A DNA stretch of 41,597 bases from a virus (taxonomy: Duplodnaviria > Heunggongvirae > Uroviricota > Caudoviricetes): positions 1 to 41,597 of IMG/VR virus record IMGVR_UViG_2537561603_000003; one strand, given 5' to 3'. Each line of letters starts with the position of its first letter. The first letter of the stretch is position 1. A program made the translations under genes and the position numbers. Positions 40,079 through 41,597 of this stretch are shown one piece after another. A model generated the notes under the pieces. The model was given only the letters and a program-made list of their open reading frames with translations. It was not told the DNA's origin and ran no database searches.

Positions 40079-41104
40079 TTAGGCTCGTGCTTCCTTTCTT
40101 AAAAATAAGGACCTCAATATCGAATTTTTCTCTATGAAATGCCAACACAACATAGCCATTGCAAGATTTAACAAAAAGACAAGTATCCAACTAGCAATAC
40201 CGTGAGTTCTTAAGAATGTATCTGGATTTCTGTCCAGATACATTAGCAATGGCAGCTGCATCAAATAAAATGAATAGCTGATGTCACCCAAATAAATAAG
40301 GCAAGATGTTAATATGTTTTTGGTTATTTCTAGGTTTCCCAAATAACATATAATTAATGCAAGTGTTGGTATTATTAAGTAGTTTGTATCCATGTTAACA
40401 TCGGATAGTGTGGTAGCATAAAAAAACATAGTCACAGAAATATAAAAAGTAATATTATTTATTCTTTTCCCATTTATGAAATACATGGCTGCACATATTC
40501 CGACAATAAATTCAGGAAGCCTAAAAATCGGAGTGGCGTAGTAAACGGAACCCACGGTTGGCCCACCAATAATCAGAGAAATTGGAACAAGCACAGCAGA
40601 AAAACCGTATGCAAAAAGTGTTATGAAAATCAAGTTGTCTTTATTTATTATCTTTAGTATATAAGGGAATAAAGAATAAAAAAACATCTCAACTGATACT
40701 GACCAGGTTCCACCAAAATTCCACAGGCTGAATGATTGGTATATCCATGCCTGCATACATACTAAATATAGGACTAAGCATGATATAATTTGCCCTGAGG
40801 TTAAATTGTCAGTAAAAAGAAATGGGAATGATATAATTCCGCAGCATAAATAAGCTGGGTAAATTCTTGCTATTCTTTTTTTAAAGTAATCAAGCAACTG
40901 AGAATCATAATAATTGTATGTAAGGACAAATCCAGAAAGCATAAAGAATATGCTCATTCCTATTGCCCCGTTTGAAATGGTTTTATTTAAATGAGAACCA
41001 AAGTCAACTGGGGCTCGCATATTGATATGAAAAATAAATACATAAAATGCAGCAAAGAACCGCAATATGGTGATGCCATCCATTTTGTTTTTTGATGAAT
41101 TCAT
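40079..41104 (-). CDS. Integral-membrane acyltransferase (acyltransferase-3 / O-antigen acetylase-like)
   Basis: 341-aa polytopic membrane protein; N-terminus ...GITILRFFAAFYVFIFHIN... is the signature start of acyltransferase-3 family enzymes (Oac/OafA type); very AT-rich; antisense to the tail genes. Confidence 0.75.
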   Translation of the reverse strand: MNSSKNKMDGITILRFFAAFYVFIFHINMRAPVDFGSHLNKTISNGAIGMSIFFMLSGFVLTYNYYDSQLLDYFKKRIARIYPAYLCCGIISFPFLFTDNLTSGQIISCLVLYLVCMQAWIYQSFSLWNFGGTWSVSVEMFFYSLFPYILKIINKDNLIFITLFAYGFSAVLVPISLIIGGPTVGSVYYATPIFRLPEFIVGICAAMYFINGKRINNITFYISVTMFFYATTLSDVNMDTNYLIIPTLALIICYLGNLEITKNILTSCLIYLGDISYSFYLMQLPLLMYLDRNPDTFLRTHGIASWILVFLLNLAMAMLCWHFIEKNSILRSLFLRKEARA

Positions 41105-41164
41105 CTGATAATCTCACTTAACGATGTTAGAAAGCATTTTAACTTTAATTGTATTTTAGGTATA

Positions 41165-41281
41165 GAGTTTCAGAATCGAAAGGTTGTGAGGAAGGCGGGG
41201 GAAACGTGCCAGCGTGTGGCAATCATTTACGACGTCGGCGTTTCGACACTCTACCGAAAATTCCCGGTAGGTAGTGGATAG
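41165..41281 (+). pseudogene. 3' remnant of a Pin/Gin/Hin-type DNA invertase gene
   Basis: Frame reads ...EFQNRKVVRKAGETCQRVAIIYDVGVSTLYRKFPVGSG-stop; the VAIIYDVGVSTLYxxFP segment matches the C-terminal HTH of serine invertases as recalled. No catalytic N-domain upstream. Confidence 0.55.
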
Positions 41282-41330
41282 ACATGATGCAGGCTGCCGG
41301 TAAATGTTTAGGCTGGCAGCCTGCACAATT

Positions 41331-41597
41331 TTACAGCCCAACTTGGCGAACTGTCGGGAACTCAGATACCAGCCACATATCGGCCTCTTCAAACATATCC
41401 TCCAGCATGCGGTTCAGCTTTTCCCGATCGCTTTTACTGGCATCGCTATTCAAGCCGTTCGCCTGCATCGGCTTCACCCTTACTTCGGCATCAGGGAAGA
41501 TCTGGTGCACTCGTTTCGTCAGCTCTGCCAGAATAATTTCTCTGGCCCCTTCGAGCCCCTCTACATTTCGCTTGTCATAAACCAGTTCAACGAACAT
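41331..41597 (-). CDS. DinI-like protein
   Basis: 88-aa product MFVELVYDKRNVEGLEGAREIILAELTKRVHQIFPDAEVRVKPMQANGLN...MWLVSE with the DinI-family pattern; ATG at 41595-41597 is the last codon of the window. Confidence 0.65.
   Translation of the reverse strand: MFVELVYDKRNVEGLEGAREIILAELTKRVHQIFPDAEVRVKPMQANGLNSDASKSDREKLNRMLEDMFEEADMWLVSEFPTVRQVGL

Noticed and set aside
41156-41392. 78-aa minus-strand ORF
   Set aside because: Antisense to the invertase remnant, whose plus-strand frame carries the recognisable conserved motif; no RBS.

Overview
The window is essentially one complete lambdoid prophage, from the integrase stop codon (position 1) to the start codon of a DinI-like gene (position 41597); the att sites lie outside it. 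The recombination, early-left, replication, nin, Q and lysis genes are lambda-type, but the immunity region is phage-434-type and the virion module (19.9-40.1 kb) is non-lambda, with Mu-F-like head proteins and a contractile-tail-like set. Five AT-rich accessory inserts of unassigned function interrupt this backbone and are the main candidates for an undescribed system: (1) a 293-aa gene coupled to the N stop codon, where lambda has sieB/ral; (2) a secreted 134-aa protein coupled to the cI stop codon, where lambda has rexAB; (3) an antisense island between the lysis and terminase genes encoding a 2-TM protein and a 301-aa protein that share a motif; (4) a secreted plus membrane gene pair with its own terminator inside the baseplate cluster; (5) an O-antigen-type acyltransferase beside a truncated invertase remnant. 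All identifications rest on my reading and translation of the sequence and on recalled lambda and 434 protein sequences; no database search or composition calculation was run.
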